64,000 nucleotides of DNA from Octopus sinensis (GCF_006345805.1 NC_043003.1:5518001-5582000), one strand, 5' to 3'. Shown: positions 1 to 13,703, counted from the stretch's first letter. Notes: a model not told the origin generated them from the letters alone. A program made the numbers and translations.

Positions 1-414
1 AGTAGAAAAGATTATTAGAGTCTCACAACGAAAAGGGGAGATCATTTCGTAAAACTAAAGAATCGGTGTTTTGTTGAGCCAGAATCTTTATCTGAAGTCA
101 ATCTCTGAAGTTGATTGGTGATTGAAGTAGACACATGGACCAACCTCTAAAGAAGAGTCTTTACTCTATTTATATATGACAGAGTGTGTGTGGGGGGTGT
201 ATATGCTTGTGTGTGAATGTGTGTGTGTGAATTCAAACAAACCAACACGCATACGAAAATCATTCTTTTGGATATGTCGTTGTTATATAACTGTTTGAAC
301 GTTTTCTTCAGAACATATCAGAGTGAAGCCTTCGAATGGATCGTACTTGGAGGGAGTCTGTGTCTGTTGTGATGGCAACCGTATAATGTATCACGGCTGT
401 AGAATATTGCTTTC

Positions 415-612
415 AAATTTTAACACAAGGCCGGTATTTTCGGAGGAGGAGGAGGTAAGACGATTACATCGAACCTTAGTGCTCAATTGGTCTATTGACG
501 CCGAAAGTATAAATAACAAAGTCAACATCGGCGGAATTTGAACACTGAACGTAGAGACAGAAAAAATTCCGCCAAGCATTTGGCTCGATGTGCTAACGAT
601 ACTGCCAGCTCA
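415..612 (-). mobile_element. Degenerate tRNA-derived SINE, family B, alternative (GGCCTTGTG) tail
   Basis: Reverse complement contains GAGCTGGCAG..CGTTAGCAC and GTTCAAATTCCGCCGA, and ends CCGGCCTTGTG..AAATTTGAA, matching the copy at 54214-54448. Confidence 0.7.
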
Positions 613-1757
613 CCGCTTTGCTGACAACTATTATTAATACCCTGGCAGAATACTCTAACGATTGTCTCACTTCTCTTGCTTTTGGAGCCCAAACATTCAG
701 TGGGGATTCGAACTCTTTTCTCTCCTGCTAAGTCATTATATATTAACAAAAAAATAAGAGCCAAATACAATACAGAAGGTATTTAATAGGTACCGCATTT
801 TTAAGGATGAAAGGTAAAATCGAACTTGGCAGAACTTGAACTCATAACCTACAGGACATGAACATGTTGCGTTTATCATCGGATTCTACGGCATCCAGCG
901 CTATTAATTACGGCATATGGTATTATGAAACTAATTTTACAAAGAAAAGAAGTTTGTACCGGAAGTGTTACTTCTCGGCTTCATTTAAAACAAAATGTCT
1001 CAGAGCATCTGAATATCACAATATTGTACATTGAACAGGTTTACGTGTGCTGATGTGCTTACCGATGTGTGTGTGTGTGTGTGTGTATGAGTGTATTCAT
1101 CGTTGTAGATGTGTTTGTGTCTGTGCGTTGGTGGGTATTTATGACTCTTTCATTGTAGTATTGAAAGCATGATCAGAAGTCAGTGGGATCAAGGTTGAAC
1201 AACAGCAATAACGAGAATTACAGGCTCACAAATGAACGGTCACGTCAGGATGATCGTCAGCTTCACATGTTTCCAGCAAACTAGCAGTGGCCATGCTGGA
1301 GTACCGACAGCATATCTACAACAGATCTCTCTTCCCCACATTGTTAGTTGACGAAGGAAAGAATTATGTCCCTCATCTTCTACATATCTCTTCCTATTGT
1401 GCAAATCAACAGAGGACTCTAAGGGAGCAGATGGCTCAAAATATGTCGCTGGATGCTGTTGTTGCTAGTGGTGCTGGTAGTGTTGTAGTTGTGGTTGTTG
1501 CTGCTGTAATTGTTGTTGTTAAGCAACAAGACGGGTAAGGGTGATTAGGTGATGGTTTAGGACTTAGAGACGGGAGGCCCCAGACCTTGGAAAAAAAAAC
1601 TTTGGTCGTCTTGTTGTAGTCGAGGGCTCTTCGATGATGCCCGACACCACTGGGAGGTGGCCCTCGAAGTCGCTGGAAATAGAGATCTCCAGGTCCAAAT
1701 TCTTGAACGGCGGTTGTTGCTGCTCATGTTATGGTTACTGCTGTTGTCTTTGTTGCT

Positions 1758-1807
<50 letters not shown>
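1758..1807. repeat. (TAG)n microsatellite
   Basis: Near-perfect GTA/TAG run; explains the poly-Y and poly-S ORFs. Confidence 0.95.
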
Positions 1808-1808
<1 letters not shown>

Positions 1809-2723
1809 TAGTAGTTGTTGATGTTGGTAGAGGTAGTGTTGTTTTATTGTTGTATTTCTAATTGACATTACGGCAGAATTGCCACATCCAGCAGCAGTTG
1901 ATTCCATGACTGCTCACCAGCATCTAATCCAGCGACAGTGGGATTAAAAGCGTGCCAGCCATGGCAATTCTGCCACTCTGCAAAACTATTCCACTAAAGT
2001 CTTTCATGAGATTTTTTCTTAACTTAGACAATACTGTGTGATTTAGGTAACGCTTGGATAACACGACTATTGTATCTAGCAGACAGGCTGAGAGCATAGG
2101 GATGCCGTGTCTCAGTCATGAATCATTTGAATATAGTATTCTCTCATTCATACGATATTACTATTGAAAAATTTCAAACAGCTGAGATTATCCAAACAAT
2201 GCATAGAATAAAACTCCCTCTCGGGATATTCTGAATATGACATCTACCTCTAAAGGCAGACAACTCAAATGCGAAAAGTTGGTCGAAGAATTCCAGATTT
2301 GAATGTTGCCATTTATTTCATGTAGTTCTGATCTGGTTCAGAGCAGACATGTTGATTCTTTTTATATTTATTTGTTTTGATCTGATATATATATATAATA
2401 TAATATATATATATATATATAATATATATATATGCACACATGTATATACGTATATATGCATATATATATTATATACTTATACATGTATATATGTATATAA
2501 GTATATAGTCGTATGCATACATATGTATCTATATATATTATATATAAAATTATACATACAAACATATATCTGAATATATGTATACACACATACACACACA
2601 TTATATTATATATATATATAATAGTCTGTACATAATTTAGCATACCTATATATAGGTATACTTACATGCATTTACATGTGTGTGTGTCTATATATATATA
2701 TATATAATATTAGAAAGACAGAC

Positions 2724-2812
<89 letters not shown>
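2724..2812. repeat. (GATA)n microsatellite
   Basis: Perfect GATA run. Confidence 0.97.
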
Positions 2813-3664
2813 TGCACTCATTTACGTAGACAGTGCGGAGATATCCGATTGAGAAAACGGAATCAATTCAACTGATCAATATGAATGTATTGACTGGATA
2901 CAAACATGGCGCTTTGCACATCTTTGACAAATGGCGAACATATCCAATTTGTCACTGTTCACATAGCATATTCATAGAACATTTCCGTCAAGTTTCACTC
3001 AGTGAATAACAATGATAGCTGTATAAACTCCAACAGTAGATATAATGGAGATGATAAGAAAATGTGTGGATATTTTAATTAAAAGAGACATTTTCCCTCT
3101 GGGTAAAGATGCTTATCTTCCTTGTGTTCCACTCCACTCTGCCATGTTATCGTCCTGATTTCAACTTGTTAGCATCTGAAGCTTATTAAAGTTCACAATT
3201 GACATCTCATCCAACAGCCTACTGTTTGGAGTTACTAATTGCACCGTGCTTTAAATGATAGAAAAAATATATATATATATATATTTTGCACTTATATTTA
3301 CTGGAGCACGAGTACACATTAAGCCTATAAGGAGAGAGGAGTGAGGGAAAATATGAGTTGAGAAAATGTGACAAATAGAGACATGCATATATATATTTGT
3401 GTGTATATACATGTATATACATGTATGCGCATATTTATAAATGCATACATATATATATACATGTATATATGTATATAAGTATATAGTCGTATGCATACAT
3501 ATGTATATATTTATATATATATAGTCGTATGCATACATATATATATATATACATACATACATACAAACATATATATCTGAATATATGTATACACACACAT
3601 TATATATATATGTGTATATAATACTGTTTGAACATAATCTAGCATACCTATATATAGGTATACT

Positions 3665-3705
<41 letters not shown>

Positions 3706-3708
3706 ACA

Positions 3709-3764
<56 letters not shown>

Positions 3765-4280
3765 CAGTTATATATACAGTATGTATATATATATATACAG
3801 AGAGAGAGACACAGGTGGGGGATTCGATGGATACATACTCATAAATCTGGGGGAATAGGGTCTGGTTTGAGATGTAAATATATACAAATATAGATGTATG
3901 TATGAATATATATATATATATATATATGAATGGTTCATTGCACGACGATGGGAAACTAATGGATAGATTGAAAGATAGCTTTTTAACTAATTAGCGAGAT
4001 ATAGAAGAAACCTATAATGTATGTTCGTAAACATTACATGCGTATGTGTTTGTGTATGCGTGTGTGTGTGTGTTCTATTTCATAGCATATAAGTGCACAT
4101 ATGTGTGTGTATGAATATATTTTTCTTTTGTTGTTGTTGCGGTTTCACATGTAGAATGTCGAATGTAACTGATTATCACGTGATTTATCAATACTAATTC
4201 TTGGTTGAACATTCCAGAATGTACCATATTTCGCAGTATCTGTATCTACATCTATATAATTCATGCATATATAATGGATA

Positions 4281-4325
<45 letters not shown>

Positions 4326-4735
4326 CCCCTTGAGTCACTTCATAACTTTTGTTGATTAAAATATATATTTCAAATAAACACGTAAACACGCGCGCACACA
4401 TGTATGTGTATACATGCATACATTTATTTATATCACACAAATAATCTATGTCATACAATAATTTATTCAGTCATTATGTATCTAGAACTGCAATATTTAA
4501 CGTAATCTGTTTTTAAGACTGTGTGGTTGGATAGAGAATTTGGCTGCTATATCTAGCACGGTCGAGTTACCCCATTAATTATACGTCGTTGGTTTCAGAC
4601 GGAGTTGGATAAAGTTTCACGCTTTGGACTCGCTGTGTAATCAGTTGGATCTCGACTATTATAATACTGTCGATTCAACTCAGAAAACTCAGTTGATGAG
4701 GAAACACGTGATTGACCATTTTTTTTTTTTTTTTT

Positions 4736-5136
4736 TCTTGTTTCAGTCATCTGACTGCGGCCATGCTGGAGCACCGCCTTTAGTCGAGCAAATCAACCCC
4801 GGGACTTATTCTTTTTGTAAGCCCAGTACTTATTCTATCGGACCCTTTTGCCGAACCGCTAAGTGACGGGGACGTAAACACACCAGCATCGGTTGTCAAG
4901 TGATGTGGGGGGGGGGGGACAAACACAGACACACAAACATATACACACACATACACATATATATACATATATACGACAGGCTTCTTTCAGTTTCCGTCTA
5001 CCAAATCCACTCACAAGGCATTGGTCGGCCCGGGGCTATAGCAGAAGACACTTGCCCAAGATGCCACGCAGTGGGACTGAACCCGGAACCATGTGGTTGG
5101 TGAGCAAGCTACTTACCACACAGCCACTCCTGCGCC
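4736..5136 (-). mobile_element. Full-length tRNA-derived SINE, family A (CORE-like central segment)
   Basis: Minus strand starts GGCGCAGGAGTGGCTGTGTGGTAAG (A box) and has GGTTCAGTCCC (B box), then CTTGGGCAAGTGTCTT, an internal (TG)/(TA) tract and a 3' part ending GGCGGTGCTCCAGCATGGCCGCAGTC..GACTGAAACAAG. Several homologous copies occur in the window. Confidence 0.92.
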
Positions 5137-5539
5137 TATTGTTTATTGTTTTTTTTTTGTTTCTTCTTTTCATTAGGCGTTTAATTTCACTAAGGACTCT
5201 CCGTTTTAACCCAACCCATTTGGGGGACGCCAGTAGATTAGCGAAGTCTCCAGGCTGAGGATAATATCATTCTCTCCCCTGGCCACGGAAGTCCTGAAAG
5301 GGAGCATAGTTGCTCTCATTGTCTCCTCTCTTGACCAGATGACAGTCGCTATAGAGTCGACAAGCTTGCTTGAAATAGAAACCAAATCTCACTTGGGTTA
5401 AATCTGAAGTCATTAAATTCTGAAAACTTTAGAAAATGGGGTTTCAGATTGTGACTTTATTATTAATTCCCAATCACACACTACACACACAAACACAAAC
5501 ACACATACATGTATACATAAAAACATACTTTTTTCCCTT

Positions 5540-5735
5540 TATTTGTTTCAGTCATTTGAGTGTGGCCATGCTGGAGCACCGCCTTTACTCGAACAAATCG
5601 ATTCCAAGAATTATTTTTGTAAGCCTAGAACTTATTCTATCGGTCTCTTTTCCCGAACGGCTAGGTTACTGGAACGTAACCGACCCAATATCAGTTGTCA
5701 AGCGATGGTGGGGGTGGGACAAACACAGCCACTAC
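5540..5735 (-). mobile_element. SINE family A, 3' half
   Basis: Homologous to about 4736-4930 (GGCCATGCTGGAGCACCGCCTTTA...). Confidence 0.85.
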
Positions 5736-5742
5736 ATATATT

Positions 5743-5792
<50 letters not shown>

Positions 5793-5795
<3 letters not shown>

Positions 5796-6066
5796 CGTAA
5801 TAATGAAGGTGAAATTAATTAATTTGGAATAATTATCAATTACACCAAGTAGTCTTCGGCATGTAAAGCCTCATTCGAGGAAAATTAAGTAATACTAAGC
5901 AATAAAGGGTTTAGCAACGAATTGCCTTACCACATACCGAATTTAGAAATAGCAGTCAAAGAGTTATAGCTATTTCTTCAAGAAATAGCTATAACTCTTT
6001 GACTGCTATTTCTAAATTCGGTATGTGGTAAGGCAATTCGTTGCTAAACCCTTTATTGCTTAGTAT
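5793..6066. mobile_element. Penelope-like pLTR fragment with inverted duplication, between (TA)n tracts
   Basis: Reverse complement of about 5795-5978 aligns by eye with 44218-44410, which lies downstream of a hammerhead. Contains a perfect palindrome at 5892-6066. Confidence 0.65.
5892..6066. repeat. Perfect inverted repeat, 87-bp arms, 1-nt spacer at 5979
   Basis: ATACTAAGCAATAAAGGG...GCTATTTCTT-C-AAGAAATAGC...CCCTTTATTGCTTAGTAT. Confidence 0.97.
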
Positions 6067-6182
6067 ATATATATATATATATATAACGGGAAGCTTTATG
6101 AAAATAAACAAAAGACGAAGGCAGGTGGAATATAAACAAACAATTGTATTAGTATGGCGTTCAGGAATATAAATAAAACAAG

Positions 6183-6221
6183 TATTTTACGTTTCGAGCC
6201 TGCGCTCTTCAACAGAAAGAT
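6183..6221 (-). ncRNA. Minimal type I hammerhead-like motif (CUGUUGA core variant) in a pLTR-like repeat at about 6086-6270
   Basis: Minus strand: atcttt CTGTTGA a gagc gcag gctc GAAA cg TA aaatac. Same family as 52265-52304. Confidence 0.6.
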
Positions 6222-6369
6222 ACACAGAAAGAAACAAGGAGAGAATATATGAGAAAATAAAATAAAACGAAATATATATATATATACGTGTTTGTGTGTG
6301 TGTGAAAATATACACATACATAGGTATATATATATGTACACTTACATACACACACATATATATATATAT

Positions 6370-6590
6370 ATACGTGTGTGTATTTGTGTCTCTGAGTGTG
6401 TCTCCACAACATCACTTGACAACCGATGCTGGTGTGTTTACTTCCCCGTGAATTAGTGGTTCGGCATAGGTGGGCGATAGAAATAAGTACTAGGCGTACT
6501 AGGCTTACACAGAATGAGTTCTGGACTCACTTAGCGTGACTAAAGGCGGTACTCCAGCATGGCCGCAGTCAAATGACTGAAACAAATAGG
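6370..6590 (+). mobile_element. SINE family A, 3' half
   Basis: CTTGACAACCGATGCTGGTGTGTTTAC...TAAAGGCGGTACTCCAGCATGGCCGCAGTCAAATGACTGAAAC. Confidence 0.85.
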
Positions 6591-6596
6591 AGAATG

Positions 6597-6654
<58 letters not shown>

Positions 6655-7179
6655 TGTGTGTGTGGGTGTACATACACACATGCGTGTACGTACGTATATA
6701 AATGAGTTTCGCTCGTGTCTGCCTCGTCCCCTTATCTTTGGAGACCGCCTAGTCAAACCGAAGCAATTACATCGTACCACAGCCATTTTAACTGCGCGCG
6801 CATGCACACTGTTACACACACACACACACATTCACAGATAGATTAGAAACACACATATATTCTCACATTATATATCTAAAATACTATACAAAGATATGAA
6901 AAGAATAATATTCTGTATGAATTAACTAACAGAGACATTCTCCTGAGAGTCTCCTTGTGGCCATTTGCCAAGAAATGACGGCTCTGTGTCGACTTGAACT
7001 AACTTGACATATTAAATGATGAAAAATCAATTGCGGCAACGAACCAACGAGTCTCCATGAGGTGGTTTTTGTTTTTGCAAGAAATAGCAGCCAAAAACAG
7101 ACTCGCGCAGAACTTACGCCACTGCCATTTGAGATTCGAAACCGATCAGTTCTTAGTTTATTTGTTTTTCTTGCCTTAC

Positions 7180-7372
7180 ACTGTGGCCATGCTGGGGCAC
7201 CGCCCTGAACATGGGTTACCCCAATCGAAATGACGGCAAGATTTTATTTCTTCGGCCTGGTAATTATTCTATCGGTCTCTATTGCCGAACGTCTAGATTA
7301 CAGGGACGTAAACACACCAACACCGGTTGTGAAGTGGTGGTGGTGATGGAACAAACATAGACACAAAGACAC
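7180..7372 (-). mobile_element. SINE family A, 3' half (diverged)
   Basis: CTGTGGCCATGCTGGGGCACCGCC...GGGACGTAAACACACCAACACCGGTTG. Confidence 0.8.
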
Positions 7373-7449
7373 ACGCGCACACATATAATCATTATGAGAA
7401 CTTATAAACTTCTCATAGGGATAGATTTATCCATATTACTCTGGTTTAA

Positions 7450-7808
7450 TCTTTATATATAAAAGTGAGGTTCTGTGCTGTCTCCTACGATTTAGATTCC
7501 TAACTACTCCCACATTTTGCGGTGCAGTTTAACCAAAACCGGGTATCTTATAGTCGTGATTCATATCGAGACCTTCTGGGTATTAGCGCGCGTCTACGAT
7601 GAGTCTACGATTTAAAAAAAAATTACCATCAATTTTTCCCATTTTTAATGCATTTTATTATTAAATCTCAGAACGTAAAAAGCTACAGTAGCACCCCCCG
7701 CCTTTTGTGGTTAGCCATATTGAGATGGCTATTATACTTTACATCTCTAAAAATGCTTATATAGTTATTTCCCTTACAAACCCGAGCAACGCCGGGCGAT
7801 ACTGCTAG
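7450..7808 (+). mobile_element. Non-autonomous Helitron
   Basis: 5' TC(TTTATATATAAAAG) preceded by A, subterminal hairpin CCCGAGCAACGCCGGG, 3' CTAG followed by T (A|T target). 3' part shared with 33290-33670. Confidence 0.85.
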
Positions 7809-8092
7809 TATATCATATTTTGAAGATGTAATTCTTCAATAAATATATGGTGCACCTGTACGTGTAATGTCGATTTGATGGAGGAAGTGAGCTAATGTAC
7901 AGCACAAACATTTGACCCCTATAAAGAAGTCAGTTGTGCAGGTTGTTCGGCAAAACCTGGTCACTCACACGTCGTCTGTGACGGGAGATTCTATAGCATA
8001 TATACATACGCACATACATACATACACATATGTATGTATGTATATATAAATATATATATATGTGTGTGTATGTGTGTATATATATATTATAT

Positions 8093-8134
<42 letters not shown>

Positions 8135-8148
8135 ATATAATATATATA

Positions 8149-9020
8149 TTGGATCATCCCATAAATAATGCTGCGGTTTTTCAAGTGCATGAACTAAAAG
8201 TTGGAGGAGGATGGGATAAAACTACCTGCATCAACTTGCTACAGATGCAGGGTAGCAATTTTACTTTGTCCTTATTCTTAGTGCGAGTTTTGAAGAGTGC
8301 AGTTCGATTTTAACAGTTATTTTTTCAAAGCCAAAATGGAAGTGGCATTGGAGCATATTTGGCCTATTTTGCTTTATGCGCTCAATAAAGGCAACAATGG
8401 AGAGTGCGAAGACTATTAATGTAGTATCGGGGAATGGGACAATAAGCGTAAGCCAGTGTCAACGGTGGTTCCAGAAATTTTGAGCCGGAAACTACAGCCT
8501 AGAAGACGAGCTTCGTCTTGGAAGATCTGTAGAGCTCGACGAAAATGTGTGCTTTCTTTACTGTCACGTCTCACGAAGGAACCTTTTTTTTTTTTTGGAC
8601 CGAATATTGACTGGGGACGAGAAATGGGTTCTCGATGAAGAAAGGGGACAAAGAAAGGAGAAACACTGGCACCAGCGAGCTGGCAGAATCGTTAGCACGC
8701 CGGGCGAAATGCTAAGCGGTATTTCGTCTGCCGTTACGTTCTGAGTTCAAATTCCGCTTAAGTCAACTTTGCCTTTCATCCTTTCGGGGTCGATTAAATA
8801 AGTACCAGTTACGCACTGGGTTCGATGTAATCGACTAAATCAGTTTGTCTGTCCTTGTTTGTCCCCTTCTGTGTTTAGCCCCTTGTGGATAGTAAAGAAA
8901 TAGGCTAAAGAAGGTCTTCACCCACATAAAGTGTTATCTGTTTGGTGGGGTATGAAAGGTTTGGCCCACTTTGCACTTTTAAACGCAAACCAAACGATAA
9001 TAAAAGAGCTCTACTGCGAT
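8149..9020 (+). pseudogene. Decayed, internally deleted mariner transposon (transposase remnant) interrupted by a SINE
   Basis: TA-flanked TIR-like start TTGGATCATCCCATAAATAATG. Frames give CQRWFQKF..GNYSLEDE (HTH), FLDRILTGDEKWVL (first catalytic D) and GLHPHKV.SVWWGMKGLAHF, all typical mariner motifs, with frameshifts. Confidence 0.9.
8674..8904 (+). mobile_element. tRNA-derived SINE family B (Meta-domain-like core, Tx1-like tail) nested in the mariner
   Basis: GCGAGCTGGCAGAATCGTTAGCACGCCGGGCG, GAGTTCAAATTCC, CTTTGCCTTTCATCCTTTCGGGGTCGATTAAATAAGTACCAG, tail TGTGTTTAGCCCCTTGTGG..GTAAAGAAATAGG. The Meta-domain assignment is from memory. Confidence 0.9.
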
Positions 9021-9158
9021 GAGTGTGGAGAGAGAAAGGGGGAGAGATACATCTACATATATAAACTTATGCAGACATTTGTATTAGAGTAGCTGTGTGT
9101 TTGTATGTTTATGTGTATGTCTGTATGTTCACGTGTTACACAGAAAATTCTGCCAAAT

Positions 9159-10004
9159 AACAGCTGGCATAAAACTTGAATGAGTTGGCTGGCTGGCTGG
9201 CTGGTTGGTTGGTTGGTTGGATGGTTGGATGGTTGACATCTCCAGCCACGCTTTGCAAGGTATAGAGAGGAGAGGGCAGAGGGTAAAAGAGGTTTACAGA
9301 GAGATTTAGCACGAGGCATGCACGTTGCATGCACATACTAGGCTTGGTGGTAGGCAATGAAGAAAAAAACATTACTCACGAATCATAGATAGAGAGGAGG
9401 GGGAAGAGGAGGAGAAGAAGAGAAAGGAGGGAGGGAGGGGAGGAGGAGAAGAGAGAGGAGGGAGGGGAGGAGGGAGAAAGAGGGAGGAGAGAGAAGTAAG
9501 GAGTTGGAAGAAGGAGGGAATGATAAGAAAGAGAGAAGTAGGCTGGAGGAGGTGGTAGAAAGAGGGATAAGTAACAGAGACGACGAGGACGGGGACAAGG
9601 AAGAGGACGGTGACGTGGAGGAGGAAGGAGAGGGGAGGAGAGGGAGGAGGAGGGGGAAGATCATTGACGAACTATAAGATGTAAATGAAATAACAATTAT
9701 CGTACGTCTACTATATACGTCTCCCCTTCGTAAATGTATATAAGGACACAGGAAAAATGTGTCAAAGCCATCAGGAGGCGTCGATGCTTCCTAGGGCTAA
9801 ACAGCGGTGGTGTACCCCCCCCCCTACTGTCACGTTCGTGTTAGATTGACAGTATACAACCATTCTACTATATATGTATATATTTATATTTCCAAAGTTT
9901 CCCGTCCTCCGACAGGTGACACTCGGCTGATGCGTATAACTCCTGATAACTAACATAAAATATAAACACACACACAATATTCATATTGCAAGCAGCAACA
10001 TTAT
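9159..10004. promoter_or_regulatory. Unique-sequence element paralogous to 32731-33111 (candidate duplicated cis-regulatory module or non-coding exon)
   Basis: Eight colinear conserved blocks shared with 32731-33111 (see findings). Function is inferred only. Confidence 0.5.
9390..9660. repeat. Polypurine (GA/GGA-rich) tract
   Basis: About 270 nt of almost only G and A on the + strand. Confidence 0.9.
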
Positions 10005-10504
10005 CCACAGTTTCTTGTCCGATTTGTGATATAATACTGAGGTCAAGACGAAAAAAAATATTTTTTATAACATATTTATAACAACACCACGCACGACAAA
10101 TATCGAAAAAGACGATAAACGGCCATAAGCGAAAATCAAGATGGCTTTATATTCTTTTTTATAGGTGACAACGAATGCTGCTATCGTCCATTGTTGTAAT
10201 ATCGCTATCAAGAGTTATAACCATTTTCATACCGTATCGATCGCTTGCACATATAAAACTGTATTTAATTTCAAGAATTCGTTAGAGAATGCCCTACAAA
10301 CGGTGTCAGCCAACAGAACACTTTATACGCTAATGGGCATTATTTCACGTCAAAACGAGGTTGGGCTGTTTTCGTTGGTTCAACTTCTCTTCCTCCCAAC
10401 CTCCCACCCACCATTTGTTCGTTTTATTTAATTTTTTGTTTATGCGAGGGCGGGAATGTACGGTTTGTTATTTATAATTTTTTTTTTTGTAGAATAAGGT
10501 GTGC

Positions 10505-10514
10505 GCTTTTTATG

Positions 10515-10572
<58 letters not shown>

Positions 10573-11188
10573 AATATGTGTATCACACACACACACACAT
10601 ATATATATGTACATACACACAAATATATAATCTTATATATGGATATATATACATATTCACACACATACATATATACATATATACATATATATAACACACA
10701 CACACACATATATAGTTATGCATGTATATATATTTGTATGTATGAATATATTCATATGTAGTTGTGTTTTTCTAAGGTCTATATATATCTATACACACAC
10801 ATATACATGCACACGCATATACATACATACAGATGCACGCACGCACGCACACATACATACAAACATACTCACATATACACACATATACACTGAATAACAG
10901 AGAGACACATGTATGACTGTAGGTATGTATATATGTACAAGCGCGCACACATATCTGTTGGAGAGAGAGGGAGAGAGAGTATGTCTGTGTGTGTCTGTGT
11001 GGTGTGTGTGTTGTGTGTGTGTGTGTGTGTGTGTGTGATAGAAGTGTGTGTTTGCATATTTAGTTATCTGAATCGGTGTGTGCATGTGTGTGCTTACGTG
11101 AGCGCTTTTGTGCATGGATGTTTACGTGTGTGTGGGTGTGGGTGTGAGTATGTGTGTGTGTGAGTGTGTGTGTGTGTGTGTGTGTGTA

Positions 11189-11266
<78 letters not shown>

Positions 11267-11813
11267 GTACTGGTGGGTAATGAGAGCCAATATGTATCAA
11301 GTCTTTGTTGAAGCAAAATGTCATGACTTAAAAAACAAAAATCTGAATTCTTCAAAAGAAAATTACGAAACAAACTGTTTGAAGTAACAATTTCGATATC
11401 CTGTTGAATTTCATTCTACCATTTATATATGTACACACACACACACACGACCACACACACACACACAGATACACACACACTCACTTATAGTCATCCATGC
11501 ACATACACACACACATTTACACACATACACACACACACACACACATATATACTCTTAATATACTCTTTCGTTATATTCATTTAAACACTTCACAAATGCT
11601 GTTAAGTTTTGAATAACTTTCACCGCTTCATATATTCCATGTACATGCATACATATCTATATATTCATGTGTATGTAGGCATGTATGTACATACATACAA
11701 GCACAAACACGCATATATACACATACACACAAACACGTGTATATATCTTCCTATTAAAATGATTATGTCCCGATGTGTGGTGACATATATATATATATAT
11801 GTGTGTGTGTATG

Positions 11814-11845
<32 letters not shown>

Positions 11846-11931
11846 GTTGGTGTGTGTGTGTTGTGTGTATGTATTGTATATATATATATGTGTGTGTGTG
11901 TGTATGTATGTGTGTATATATATATATATGT

Positions 11932-11974
<43 letters not shown>

Positions 11975-12010
11975 ATATATATATATAGTGTGTGTTGTGT
12001 GTGTGGTATA

Positions 12011-12055
<45 letters not shown>

Positions 12056-12218
12056 TATATACACATACACAATACATATATGAGTATATACTTATATATC
12101 AATACATCTATATAATCTATATCTGAATATATATATATATATATATACACAAATATAAATATATACATACATGCATCATATATATATATATGTATGTATA
12201 TATACAGATACACACATA

Positions 12219-12276
<58 letters not shown>

Positions 12277-12300
12277 CGTATATATGTATATAGATATGAA
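10505..12300. repeat. Compound (TA)n/(TG)n/(CA)n microsatellite field
   Basis: Mostly dinucleotide repeats with short unique islands. Confidence 0.9.
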
Positions 12301-12504
12301 TATAGAAGCGCACATACACCATCCGATCCATCTATGAAAATGCTTGTCCTTTGTCAAGTGTTACCTCGCTATGTTTCTCGTTAAGTCTTTTTCCCAAACA
12401 CATTTCCTTCATTTTCCATCATTTTCTCTCTTCGTTTTCCTCAAAAATTCCCTCCTCTTATCTCATTTACAATGTTTATTCACGTTTGATCCCTCTCTTC
12501 TCTT

Positions 12505-12793
12505 TTATTACTGTTATTACTATTATTATTATTATTATCATTATTATCATTATTATTATTATTATCATTATATCATTATTATTATCATTATTATTATTAT
12601 TATTATCATTATTATTATCATTATTATTATTATTATTATTTCTGTTGTTATTATTATTATCATTATTATTATTTCTGTTGTTGTTATTATTATTATTATT
12701 ATCATTATTATTATTATTGTTGTTGTTATTATTATTATTATTATTATATTATTATTATTATTGCTTCTTGTTAATTGTACGTTTATATCGTTC

Positions 12794-12835
<42 letters not shown>

Positions 12836-13564
12836 TCTCTTCTCTTTCTTTCCCTCTCTTTCCAGCCCCTGTCTATCCCTCCTCTATCTCTCCCCTTTTC
12901 TCTCACCCTCCTCTTTATCTCTTTCTTCCTCTTATTCTGTCATTATCTCTGTCTCTCTTTCCCCTCTCTCTTCTCTCTCTCTACCCCTTCTCTTTCCCCC
13001 TCCTCCTCCGCTTCCTCTTCCTTCTCGCCCTCCTTCTCCGCCAAAATATATCCACAATGATCTTTGCGTTATTTTATTCTCTCATTTATTTTATTTTCTT
13101 TATTGTTTTTCTACATCTTGAGGCACATTTCTATCCAAAACCTCACGATCTTCACTTTCTTCAACCTTATACAACCTCACTGTCAAATGTACACGCTAAC
13201 ACACACATTAAACACAAACACATACATACATATATATATATACACACACACAAAAACACACAAACTCATAAACACATAAACGTGCACACACAGATACTCC
13301 TAGACACACCCACGAACAAACACAAACACGCATACTCATACACACACACACACCTGTACACACACACCTGTACACACACACACACACACACGCCTAGATT
13401 ATTTTGACTTTCACTTTTAAACTTCACTTCTATTGTTACATTTTAATTTATTATTTTTTTTGTTCACCATTTCACACGCTTTGCCACCTCTGTCTTCATC
13501 ACTCCATCACATCAAATTCTTGTCATTATTATTATTATTATTATTATTATTGTTATTATTATTA

Positions 13565-13601
<37 letters not shown>

Positions 13602-13667
13602 CATTATTGTTATTATTATTATTATTATTATTATCATTATTGTTATTATTATTATTATTATTATTGG

Positions 13668-13703
<36 letters not shown>

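Noticed and set aside
9136-9372. Minus-strand 78-aa ORF covering the paralogous element
   Set aside because: The paralogue has two in-frame stops in the equivalent frame.
10410-10430. TTTGTTCGTT resembling the miR-375 5' end
   Set aside because: The match is limited to 10 nt and I saw no precursor hairpin.
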